From Nitrosopumilaceae archaeon (GTDB taxonomy: Archaea > Thermoproteota > Nitrososphaeria > Nitrososphaerales > Nitrosopumilaceae): 64,000 bases of DNA. Positions within the stretch are counted from its first letter, which is position 1. Each line of letters starts with the position of its first letter. Shown piece by piece: positions 11,523 through 20,889 of this stretch. The notes beneath the pieces are model-generated. The model was not told where the DNA came from. It did not search any database and saw only the letters and a program-made list of their open reading frames with translations. The stretch covers positions 352,001 to 416,000 of the forward strand of contig CBDATR010000010.1 in the NCBI GenBank assembly GCA_965200155.1, given 5' to 3'. The position numbers were made by a program, and so were the translations under genes.

Positions 11523-11571
11523 TATCGGCGTTTCTTGTGTGCCATATAAAAGCTAAATGAACCGCGCGGAG

Positions 11572-11712
11572 GTCCGTTTAGGTCTTCTCTGGGGTAACCA
11601 CTTAAAACTTACCGCGAACATGCCCTTCCTACCTCTTCTATCATAATGCCTCACATGTGCCCATGAATTCATAGTCTAGATGTATTATCTTTAGCGTGAC
11701 CTAAATGGTTAC
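11572..11712. mobile_element. MITE family B, diverged copy
   Basis: CCGTTTAGGTC...GACCTAAATGGTTAC; internally similar to 9214-9354. Confidence 0.7.
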
Positions 11713-11938
11713 CACTGGATTGGCTACATGTTGAAGATACGCGAGCTTTGGCAGGGAATAGTTTGAGATCTTTGAATTATCATTATCACCCATTTATTTC
11801 TGAATGCTGGTACGCTAGTGTCTAATTTCTGGGTATGTGAATTATTTGGGTATTGGCGTATGCAATGTAGATATGAAATAATTCAGGAAACTGTTGTCAC
11901 GCAAACAACATTAAATAATTCCAAATTTGGGTTATATT

Positions 11939-12607
11939 ATGAATCGTTACGTGCCAATGGCAGTAGTATTTGTCTCTGTTCTAGTCGTGGCTAGCTCGGT
12001 CGCCTTCTCACAGCAGAGTATGGTGCCGGACTGGTTAAAGATTACTGCAGGATGGTGGTCGCAAAACTTGGTTGGTGATGATGATTTTATACGCGTTGTG
12101 GCATGGCTTGTGGATAATGGTTATATTGTAACAGATTCTGAGGACAAAAATCAGATTATACTACGCGAAGACAAGTACAGTATAATGCAACCATCCGGTT
12201 GGGAGTGGCAGACGCCATTACGGGATGATCCCATACTGGGAACGTTGGATCGCATGATAATGCGCGATACTATAGATGAGGATGTGCCCAGCGCGATATC
12301 GGTATCAACTGTTGCCATGAAAGGTGACACCTTGGAGGCGCACAGAGAATGGGGGCTGGTTTTAGTGGATGATATCTTGGGTGATGCCTTTAATCACACC
12401 TCTGCAACGTCCACTGTTGTACTGGGCAATCCGGGATACATTGATGAGTATACCGTGAACATACCAAAAATACAGATTCAGGGTAAATCGTACAATTTTG
12501 TGCACGATGGTATCGTTTATGAGATCAAATACGAGACAGATGCAAAAAGCTATGAAAAGTATCTTTCTGTCTTTGAGGACGTGATGGACACATTCATGCT
12601 AATGTAG
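11939..12607 (+). CDS. Secreted protein, thaumarchaeal VPxWxKxxAGWW repeat + PsbP-like domain
   Basis: Signal peptide; VPDWLKITAGWWS...FIRVVAWLV. Confidence 0.75.
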   Translation: MNRYVPMAVVFVSVLVVASSVAFSQQSMVPDWLKITAGWWSQNLVGDDDFIRVVAWLVDNGYIVTDSEDKNQIILREDKYSIMQPSGWEWQTPLRDDPILGTLDRMIMRDTIDEDVPSAISVSTVAMKGDTLEAHREWGLVLVDDILGDAFNHTSATSTVVLGNPGYIDEYTVNIPKIQIQGKSYNFVHDGIVYEIKYETDAKSYEKYLSVFEDVMDTFMLM

Positions 12608-12650
12608 ATAGCAGATCATTTTTTATCCGCCCCTAACATGGTTGTAATAC

Positions 12651-13142
12651 ATGGAGTCTGGCGAACATATACACGCACACCTGCTTTCTGTGTGGAGGGA
12701 ATCGCGCAAGTTCCTCAGTATGGGCGGTAAAGAGGGCATGCTAGTACTTACCGATAACCATCTCATCTTCATTCAAAAGACTACCGCAAAGTCTGAGTGG
12801 TGGAATGCGCTGAGGCGCAGGCAAGTACTAAGACTTCTCAAGTCTACCGATACCATGATCACCCATGATGGTTACGACGAATCAATTCTTGTACGCGATA
12901 TGGAGAATCCCAAAAATCTGGAGCTTACCTTTGATAACATATTGGACATATACCACCAGGAGAAAGACTGGGGAAGCGTCCTTTACCTAGAATATGTTGA
13001 CAAGGGGAAAAAAGAGAAATACCAGTACTCGATAGCCCAGGACTGGGTAAAGTACCCGGCCAAGGATGCTCTCAAGTTCATGAAGGTGAATTGGGAACCA
13101 TTTGTGTCGTTCATAAGGGCGCGACAAAGGGTAACCAGATGA
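12651..13142 (+). CDS. Conserved hypothetical protein (PH-like)
   Basis: 163-aa ORF with EGMLVLTDNHLIF; translationally coupled to cbiE. Confidence 0.65.
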   Translation: MESGEHIHAHLLSVWRESRKFLSMGGKEGMLVLTDNHLIFIQKTTAKSEWWNALRRRQVLRLLKSTDTMITHDGYDESILVRDMENPKNLELTFDNILDIYHQEKDWGSVLYLEYVDKGKKEKYQYSIAQDWVKYPAKDALKFMKVNWEPFVSFIRARQRVTR

Positions 13143-13855
13143 TGAGAGTATTCGCGGTGGGTGTGGGACCCGGCTCTCCTGCATGTGTCACCAGGGAGGC
13201 TGAAGAAATTATTACAAAATGTGATGTTGTGGCAGGATACCGCTATACCATAGATACTATACAGCATCTTCTAGGCGACCAACAGGTATATCACGTAACC
13301 ATGTTCAACCAGGAAGATATCTACCAGAGTATAAGACAGACTCTGGGTGAGAAAATGCTTGTAATTCCATTTACCGGCGATGTCAACTTTTCCGAGTCTG
13401 AAGTGGTGGATAGGCTGTCTGAGATATTTGGTAGCGTCCAACTAGTGCCCGGTATAAGCTCCGTGCAGGTGGCCGCCTCAAGATCTTGTATACCTCTGGA
13501 CAAGGCTAGGGTGATAACCATGCATGTAACCGGAGATATCGCGGCAAAGAAGCGTCGCATGATAAGTGCATTGCGTGACGGACTAAGTGTCATACTGGTG
13601 CCCCGGCCATGGCCCCGGAGGCCTGATCTGGAATTCATGCCTCACCAGATAGTTGATCACATCTCCGCAAATGGCATAGACGTGAGTAACCTGAGAATTC
13701 ATGTATATGAAAACCTGACCACACCGGAGGAGCGCGTATTCAGTGGGGATATAGATCAGCTAAAAAACCAACGATTCTCGGATATGTTGGTTATGGTAAT
13801 AGACCAAAACAAGCCAGACTCATACATGAATTATGTCTGGCAATGGAAAAAGTAA
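13139..13855 (+). CDS. cbiE: Cobalt-precorrin-7/precorrin-6Y C5-methyltransferase
   Basis: VGVGPGS, TGDVNFS, VPGISSVQVAA, ENLTTPEER. Confidence 0.85.
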   Translation: MMRVFAVGVGPGSPACVTREAEEIITKCDVVAGYRYTIDTIQHLLGDQQVYHVTMFNQEDIYQSIRQTLGEKMLVIPFTGDVNFSESEVVDRLSEIFGSVQLVPGISSVQVAASRSCIPLDKARVITMHVTGDIAAKKRRMISALRDGLSVILVPRPWPRRPDLEFMPHQIVDHISANGIDVSNLRIHVYENLTTPEERVFSGDIDQLKNQRFSDMLVMVIDQNKPDSYMNYVWQWKK

Positions 13856-14074
13856 CAACTAGTCCTAATATGGCATAGCCTGCCAGACGGCAAGCACTGA
13901 ATGTAGCTCCAGTTTACTGGTGACTGGCATATGATAGAAATGGGGTTGGATTGCGAGGTGACTTGATCATTATTCCGGACTGGGAATCTTGACTGCTTGG
14001 TGCAACCAATACGCGCTTGTTTCCAATCTAGATGTTGCAAACGTTTCATCCATGTTTGCGATTACTCGCAGGTA

Positions 14075-14464
14075 TTATCCCAGCCATTCCATAATGTCCT
14101 GCATACAACTTGATCTAACTGTTATCCTAATTGGACCTAAGGGAGACTCCTCGGAATTCTCGCACACTGCTGCAACTCCTGCATATGCCGCCTGCTTGTT
14201 CAGGTAGAACCATGTTTCACTATTGCCTGCGTTATGTCGTACGTTCCGGCCTAAACTGCCCTGAGATTGTCTTGACACGATCATGTCATATAAAATGCGC
14301 AGGGGGGCAGCATTGTCGCTAACTACTTTGACATATGACTTGGCTACAGTACTGGTAGATTCTGGCAATACGTTTGATACGGCATCCAGTACCTTGTCGG
14401 GGTCTTCTGATGGATTGATCGCTGTCCATGCTTCCACATTACAGGATGGTAAATGCAAGTTCAT
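14075..14464 (-). CDS. DUF54/UPF0201 RNA-binding-like protein
   Basis: INPSEDPDKV, YLNKQAA, SPLGPI. Confidence 0.85.
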   Translation of the reverse strand: MNLHLPSCNVEAWTAINPSEDPDKVLDAVSNVLPESTSTVAKSYVKVVSDNAAPLRILYDMIVSRQSQGSLGRNVRHNAGNSETWFYLNKQAAYAGVAAVCENSEESPLGPIRITVRSSCMQDIMEWLG

Positions 14465-15012
14465 GCTTCCCAGCCCTGTACAATCCTGTGTGCCACATCT
14501 ACTAACTCTTCCCGGGCCATGCTACTGTTTGAGATGGACGCGTCCGCCAATGCTATGGGGTCGCTGATTCCAACGCTTAACTCACGCCGATCTCGTTTAC
14601 TCATCTCGTCTCTTGTATCCGGGTCATCGGTTCGTCCGCGCCTTATCAGAAAATCTAGTCTTGTATCCGTGGATGCGTGTACTGCTAAAAGCTTGACATC
14701 ACCACATTCCCGCAGCACATCTAATTCATACTCTGATCTAACCCCGTCGACGATAACAGTCCCAGTATTCTTTACGACTTGGGGCTTGATCAGCTGTGCA
14801 ACTACTCCGGGTCCGTGTTTTTGGCGCACCTCCAGCATTAAATTTCCTAGGTTTTCTCCGGTAGGCTCTATTCCGCGTTCACTTGCCTCTACACGTATGG
14901 CATTTCCCATATTTAGCACTGGATAGCCTTTGGTTTCCAGGCCGTTAGCTATGGTGGACTTACCTGCGCCTGGCATCCCTACAATACATACTATAATCTT
15001 AGACAATAGCAC
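14461..15012 (-). CDS. UPF0200 nucleotide kinase (dephospho-CoA kinase-like)
   Basis: GMPGAGKS, VDGVRS, RGRTDD; start inferred. Confidence 0.85.
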   Translation of the reverse strand: MLLSKIIVCIVGMPGAGKSTIANGLETKGYPVLNMGNAIRVEASERGIEPTGENLGNLMLEVRQKHGPGVVAQLIKPQVVKNTGTVIVDGVRSEYELDVLRECGDVKLLAVHASTDTRLDFLIRRGRTDDPDTRDEMSKRDRRELSVGISDPIALADASISNSSMAREELVDVAHRIVQGWEA

Positions 15013-15406
15013 GACAACAAATCCCTGACCTATGAACCTATAGTGACACCCGTTTAAGTTACTCATCACATCCGCGGCGCCACATCTGCGCAGTGACCAC
15101 GTTTACGTCTTGGTCATGCGCCAAAGTCACTGCAATTCGTTGTGTTACACAGGTAAGCTCATCCACACTGTGAGTATCAAGTTCGATGGCAGGCTTGAGC
15201 GCCCCTCATCACCGTCGCGCAGAGATGGAGTCACACTGCTATAACGGGGCAATACTGGCGCCCGTGTCTTGGTGGAGAAAGTGGTGATGATTTCACCCAT
15301 GACTAAATTTACACCGGAGGTAACTGTGACAACAGTTTGGGCATAGGAGTGAACTTGTACAGTTTTTCACAAATGCAATAAATACCAGTTTTGTACATAT
15401 GGCGCC

Positions 15407-16054
15407 GTGAAACAACTTGATTTGACACTGGAGATATCCAGTACGTTACCCATGTTTCCAGGCACTCCTATTCCTTACATAATACCTTGGAGTACCATGC
15501 GAGTAGACGGCTACATATCGGAGATGCTCTTCATGAGCTCCCATTCGGGTACGCATATGGATGCACCATACCATTTTGATGAGGAAGGTCTCCGTATACA
15601 CCAGTTACCTTTGTCTAGATTGATGGGATGCGCCTTTCTTTTAGACATGCCAAAAGGCGCCCGTCAAGCAATTACAGACAGTGATATCCAAGAATATCAA
15701 AAAATACACGGGAGTATGCCCTACAACTCAGCGATAATATTTCACACCGGCTGGCAAAGCCATCTGCATGACGCAGATTATTTTACGCATAATCCGGGAC
15801 TTGCACCTAGCGCCGCCGAGTATTTGGCCTCAAAACATACAAGTTTGGTGGGTATAGACGCGCCCAGCATCGATGTGGGCGGTGATTCTTTGTTTCCAGC
15901 TCACAAGATACTAGCCCGGTGCGGAACTATAAACGTAGAAAATTTGGCTAATTTGGGCAAAATAGAATCACCAACTTTTCAATATGTCTTCTTACCGTTG
16001 AATATGGCCACGACCGGTTCGCCAATTCGTGCCTTGGCAGTGCTGCCTGATTGA
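15407..16054 (+). CDS. Cyclase family (kynurenine formamidase-like)
   Basis: HSGTHMDAPYHF, GIDAPSID, ENL, GSPIRALA. Confidence 0.9.
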   Translation: MKQLDLTLEISSTLPMFPGTPIPYIIPWSTMRVDGYISEMLFMSSHSGTHMDAPYHFDEEGLRIHQLPLSRLMGCAFLLDMPKGARQAITDSDIQEYQKIHGSMPYNSAIIFHTGWQSHLHDADYFTHNPGLAPSAAEYLASKHTSLVGIDAPSIDVGGDSLFPAHKILARCGTINVENLANLGKIESPTFQYVFLPLNMATTGSPIRALAVLPD

Positions 16055-16317
16055 GTTTCACTATGAGTTAGCGTCTGTTCTTGTCTCCGTAATCGAAAAA
16101 AGACGTGAACCCATATCGTGCATCTGCTAATCCCGTGCCCAATTGCCATTTACCGTTCACAAATCCAGGCATGGATGAACTCGCGCCAACGCAGCAGACA
16201 CGGTCTGGCATAATTGTATAGCGTCCACCATAAGTCTTTGCCGGGTATAGGACCGTACTTATATAGAACCACTAGAGTAAAACCATTGATAACATAATTC
16301 AGACCGTCATTATACCG

Positions 16318-17620
16318 TTGAAGAATGATAAGGAGTTCTTCCGGCGCGCCAAGATATTTGGTCACACCTCCGATTACGTGTATAACAGGGCGGTATCCGA
16401 GATCACGCTGGGCGGTTACTACATGCCCGGAACCACTCTTGAATTGAAGCATGATCCGGCTAGGGTCAAGAATAAGAACGAGTCCGCCAAGTCACCATAT
16501 GAACTAAAGAAGGGCGTTTCATTATACGTGAATCAGATACCACGTTCTAGAACGGTTATCAAGAGACGGTTTACCCGTCCAACAAGAATGGCTTGTTCCT
16601 GGAATTGACAAAGTGGCGCCCTGATCTGGAGTGGATGCGCGAGTTACAAGCTAACTATGGCCGGGGTGCCATACTACAGGCGTCTGCCGCGTGCAGGCGC
16701 GCGTACGAGGATCATTCTAATTACATACCACACCGGCGTGACTGACAGATCATACTATCATGTGTAGGACCACCAATCTGTCGTGGTGAGTTCGAGTTGG
16801 ACCTGTGCTGTTCTGGTGTGGTGAGAACAACCAAACCAATCGTTCATTCCCGGGACATGCGCTCATTCAAGATAGTGGAACGAGTAACCAATAGTATGGA
16901 GCATCAATTCGAGATTCACATCAATATACGGGAGAAACCATCGACCGGCGTTATTCGCGGTATGGGTGTCGGCGGGAAACATCTAGCTGTAACAGCTGAC
17001 ACGAATGGCAGAACGATTATTCACCACATGAGACATCTTTCCATATTGCGGGAGATTATCTCACTCCAGAGTATTAGAACGCGAAAAGGTAAGCGCAGGA
17101 AGCGAAATATTGAGAAACAAATCACTCAATTACGGCAGAAAGCCAACAACATAACTAACGACTACGTGAATAGAGTAATCCACGCGATCACCAAAGATGC
17201 AGACAAGGTAGTACTAGAGGATTTATCGTATGAGTTCACGTCTTCCGGAATCTTGTGCACAAATCACATTAACTGTCGCGATCAGTTGTGCGTAAATTTA
17301 GACACAGGTGAACTCATACGATTTATCACCGAAATCAATCAGTCATGGCGGGAACCGGAAAAGAGCAATGAACCGCTCGATGCGCGAGAATCGCGTCGGC
17401 GAGTTCCGCCGGAAAGTAGTACAAAAGTGGAGGCACTGGGGATTGAATTGGTGGCTGTGCCAGCGAGATACACGAGTGGGCGGTTTACCCGCCCAACGAG
17501 CCAGACCTGTCACGTGTGTGGACACGTTGGCAACAAATCACGATCAACTGAGACACATTCAATATGTAACCAGGAATTTCACGCCGATATCAACGCGGCG
17601 TTTAGTAACCGGTTTCCCTG
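16318..17620 (+). pseudogene. tnpB: IS200/IS605 TnpB (RNA-guided nuclease) pseudogene
   Basis: RuvC-like GMGVGGKHLAV, VVLEDL, PARYTS..QTCHVCG zinc finger, HADINAA; broken by frameshifts, a MITE and hairpin insertions. Confidence 0.85.
17228..17319 (+). mobile_element. MITE family A copy in tnpB, TSD GATTTATC
   Basis: Perfect TIR and 8-bp duplication; interrupts EDL motif. Confidence 0.95.
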
Positions 17621-17787
17621 TATGGGGCGGCAGAGCGTGTCGTCCGGGGGCGGGGACCGTTCCCCACCCAACCGGAGGCGCCAGGGCGGGAATAATGGTG
17701 ACAAGCGAAAGTCATGTTCTCAAAGACTTATGGTGACCGCTATACAAATAGACACAATCATAAAATGGTGTATCCGGTGCGCGCATA

Positions 17788-18279
17788 ATGAGTAAGCCCG
17801 GTAATATATGGAGAAAAGTGCACGGCTACATATCAGGGCGACCCACTAACTTTTCCTGGATAGTGCCTAATAGAGTGGCCGGATGCGGGCTTCCCACCAC
17901 CCGTGAGGAGTTTGACTGGTTGTTAGAACAAGGTGTACAGTCGGTGGTGACCACGACCGAAGATGCGCTTTCCGGTTCATGGACCGGCAGAATATCCTAC
18001 TTGCATATACCAACAGTGGATATGACTGCTCCTAGCTTGAAGAACATAAACGATGCGGTAGAATTCATGCATCAAAGTGTCTCGCAGGGTAAGCCTGTGG
18101 TGGTGCACTGTGCTGCGGGGTTGGGCCGGACCGGGACAGTTCTGGCTTGCTATATGATAAAGTACCACAAAATGGATGCTGGCGATGCAATACACGAAAT
18201 TCGCCGCCAAAGACCCGGCTCAATTCAATCATACGTACAGGAAGAAGCCATATTCATGTATCAAAAGCAGCTTAGCTAG
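17788..18279 (+). CDS. Dual-specificity protein phosphatase
   Basis: VHCAAGLGRTG signature. Confidence 0.92.
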   Translation: MSKPGNIWRKVHGYISGRPTNFSWIVPNRVAGCGLPTTREEFDWLLEQGVQSVVTTTEDALSGSWTGRISYLHIPTVDMTAPSLKNINDAVEFMHQSVSQGKPVVVHCAAGLGRTGTVLACYMIKYHKMDAGDAIHEIRRQRPGSIQSYVQEEAIFMYQKQLS

Positions 18280-18418
18280 ATACCTCGGATACCAGTTTAC
18301 CACCCAAAACATTGATGGATACACGTCTTCCTTCCTTGAAGGTCAGTGTAATATTTTCATCGCTCTCTTCCACTGATACCAGCTCAGACATCTTTATTTC
18401 CTCATATGTACTCATCAT
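18272..18418 (-). CDS. Small protein (48 aa), paralogue of neighbour
   Basis: Manual translation MMSTYEEIKMSELVSVEESDENITLTFKEGRRVSINVLGGKLVSEVSS. Confidence 0.65.
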   Translation of the reverse strand: MMSTYEEIKMSELVSVEESDENITLTFKEGRRVSINVLGGKLVSEVSS

Positions 18419-18421
18419 GCA

Positions 18422-18574
18422 TCACTCTGGTATGGAGAGACTGGAAATCTTCCCGCCTTCGACCTTCACGAACAAGAACCTATTATCTTTGAAGATAAAG
18501 GTTATGCCCCCTTCCTTGTCTGGCTCCTCTACCTCCAGTAGTGGCTGGCCAAGAAGTCCGTCAAATTTTGCCAT
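18422..18574 (-). CDS. Small protein (50 aa)
   Basis: Manual translation MAKFDGLLGQPLLEVEEPDKEGGITFIFKDNRFLFVKVEGGKISSLSIPE; TATA-like element upstream. Confidence 0.7.
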   Translation of the reverse strand: MAKFDGLLGQPLLEVEEPDKEGGITFIFKDNRFLFVKVEGGKISSLSIPE

Positions 18575-18899
18575 AATGCTGTTTTATGACTACTACTTAT
18601 ATCCTTAGTGCATTTCCGGAGTGCGGGCTCATCTGTGGCAGCTATCTCATCCATTAATCATGACTCGCCGTTGAAAATGCAATGCCCTCTCCCATCGAAT
18701 AAACCATCAGTTCTTGTGACTGGCGTGATGAGTCCATAATCATATGTACAAATTTTTTGCCGCTTCGTATCAGAACCAATTATCAAGATCAGTTACGTGT
18801 AAATTTCCGCACAGATTAACCACACCATTCACGTGACACAAAACGCGATCATTGGCGCGATGCTATCTGGCACAAGTTGAAAATTTGTCCCAGTATCTA

Positions 18900-19430
18900 T
18901 TACCTGACCCTTACTTCAATACCCTGTATGTTCCCCTTGATGCTAGTTTGCTTCAGGAAATGATGCTTCTGCCAAGAGACGTGCACATCGCCGCTTACTG
19001 TGTGAGTCCCTGATCCTAACTCTGATGCCTTGATAGTGTAGGACTCTTCAAAATCAAAGAGCTCCTGGCGTACCTCTTCCTCGCTCATACGTATTACGGG
19101 CGTAAAGTTCTTTGCAACTTGAACCCATACGCGTTTTTCTTTCATGGGATTTACCAGTTTGGGATTTCTTGTCCAGAATATGGCAGCTCTTTTGTACGTG
19201 TCTATGGGCTTGCCTAACTCCTTCTTCCTTATTCCACCGGCAACTAATCTGACACCATACTTGATCTTGACTGCTACGTCGTTGGCATTGTATGACTCTG
19301 TCCAATTGCTTTCGTTGAATGAATCTCTTCCGTCTCCCACGACTGAGAACTTTACTATTATTCTTACATCCTCGTCCCTCGAATATTCCTCCTTTTCACA
19401 CTCCATTCTTACATTTTTGATCTGACTCAT
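18900..19430 (-). CDS. Conserved hypothetical protein
   Basis: 176-aa ORF divergent from rpoL. Confidence 0.65.
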   Translation of the reverse strand: MSQIKNVRMECEKEEYSRDEDVRIIVKFSVVGDGRDSFNESNWTESYNANDVAVKIKYGVRLVAGGIRKKELGKPIDTYKRAAIFWTRNPKLVNPMKEKRVWVQVAKNFTPVIRMSEEEVRQELFDFEESYTIKASELGSGTHTVSGDVHVSWQKHHFLKQTSIKGNIQGIEVRVR

Positions 19431-19475
19431 ATCTACAATAGTTTATATCCGCAATATTTTCTTTTACAAAGCACC

Positions 19476-19751
19476 GTGGACATACAAGTAATAAGCTCAT
19501 CACAGGGGGAGGAAAAACTTTCCTTCAAAAAGACCGACATTTCCACTCTATACATAGTACAACACGAGATACAAAAGAACCCTGATGTAGACTTTGCAGG
19601 TGTTATAGTTAAACACCCTCTTACTAATGAATGCTGGATGCGCCTCTCCTCAAAATCTGATCCCCGTCAAAATCTATCTAATGCCACCGAGAATGCTGTA
19701 CGTGCAGTCAATGACATGCGGAACGCACTGAACGCGGATATATCGACATGA
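19476..19751 (+). CDS. rpoL: RNA polymerase subunit L (Rpo11)
   Basis: VDFAGVIVKHPL motif; adjacent to TFS. Confidence 0.85.
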   Translation: MDIQVISSSQGEEKLSFKKTDISTLYIVQHEIQKNPDVDFAGVIVKHPLTNECWMRLSSKSDPRQNLSNATENAVRAVNDMRNALNADIST

Positions 19752-20059
19752 AATTTTGTCCCGTCTGTAAGACGCGACTCCGTCATGCAGAAGGCATAAT
19801 GCTGTGCTCTCAATGCGAATACAAAGAGAGTGGTATTGTTGCGCCCGCTACAAAAATCATACAGGACGAGTCATCGGGGTTCAATGTTTTGGGTGAAGGT
19901 GATCAGCAGGGGACATTGCCTACAGTAAACGTGAACTGTCCCAAGTGTGGTCATGGTGAGGCCGTTTGGTGGATGCTACAGACTAGAAGCGCCGATGAAC
20001 CGACAACACAGTTCTATCGTTGCATCAAATGCGAGCACACTTGGCGTGATTACTCATAG
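19748..20059 (+). CDS. tfs: Transcription factor S
   Basis: CPVC..CPKC..QTRSADEP..FYRCIKC. Confidence 0.95.
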   Translation: MKFCPVCKTRLRHAEGIMLCSQCEYKESGIVAPATKIIQDESSGFNVLGEGDQQGTLPTVNVNCPKCGHGEAVWWMLQTRSADEPTTQFYRCIKCEHTWRDYS

Positions 20060-20097
20060 CCGCTTGCAGTTCTACGTATACGTGACGCTGATAATCA

Positions 20098-20808
20098 TTA
20101 TTGGGATTTTTGGCGCCCCGTATGTGTTCCACTGACAGACATGTTCTTGGCCCTGCTTAGAAATTCCACCATTGCCTCTTGGCGTTCCCTACTCATGTTC
20201 ATAAATGACTCCAGCAGGCCACAACACGCCACAAGAAGGCTATCCTTAGGTAGCTTCTCCAGTCTCGACGAATCCAGATCCGCCTCACCCCTGCACCAAT
20301 TCTCCACATGCTGTTGTATGGATATGTACACTAACTCCGGACTACTCTCGGCTATGGCGATTAGCGTACCTGCCTCGGACAGCTCGCTTTCAAGGAACGT
20401 ATTCAGCATACCTGATCGTCCGGGCATCTCGCTTATGGCGAGCGCGACCATAGTACCTTTCACGGTAAGTCCGTAGTATGGATTCCCCTGACTCTGTAGT
20501 GCCTTGGGTCCGCGCCTCATGGGCAATCTTCCTTCCTCTTTTATTACACCGGTGGGCAGCATTATGTCCTTTATGTCCTTGAATACTCCCGGGTATGCCG
20601 TCTGCCACTTTGACTCTGTAGGTCCTGCTATTCTCTTAGCTATGGCAATCCGTGTCCTCTCGTTGGGGTTGCTATGCTGTGCTAGCACACACATGATGGC
20701 GCGTTGTCGTCTTGCCCTGGTGCTAAGCTGACCACTACGCGTCTTGAGGGTTTCAAAAATGGAGAGGCGGGTCTCAGATCGTTTTACATTATATGAGTCT
20801 AGTTTCAT
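20098..20808 (-). CDS. Putative winged-helix regulator divergent from amt
   Basis: Basic helical N-terminus and YYGLTVKG wing-like motif. Confidence 0.55.
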   Translation of the reverse strand: MKLDSYNVKRSETRLSIFETLKTRSGQLSTRARRQRAIMCVLAQHSNPNERTRIAIAKRIAGPTESKWQTAYPGVFKDIKDIMLPTGVIKEEGRLPMRRGPKALQSQGNPYYGLTVKGTMVALAISEMPGRSGMLNTFLESELSEAGTLIAIAESSPELVYISIQQHVENWCRGEADLDSSRLEKLPKDSLLVACCGLLESFMNMSRERQEAMVEFLSRAKNMSVSGTHTGRQKSQ

Positions 20809-20889
20809 AATATATTATAATTCTTGGATTTTATAAAAGTTATTTTTTTATTACATTTTTTACTATAAATCCTTATATAATATAAAAAA

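Noticed and set aside
16797-17795. 332-aa ORF as an intact TnpB
   Set aside because: It reads through the MITE and shifts out of and back into the TnpB frame; the gene is broken.
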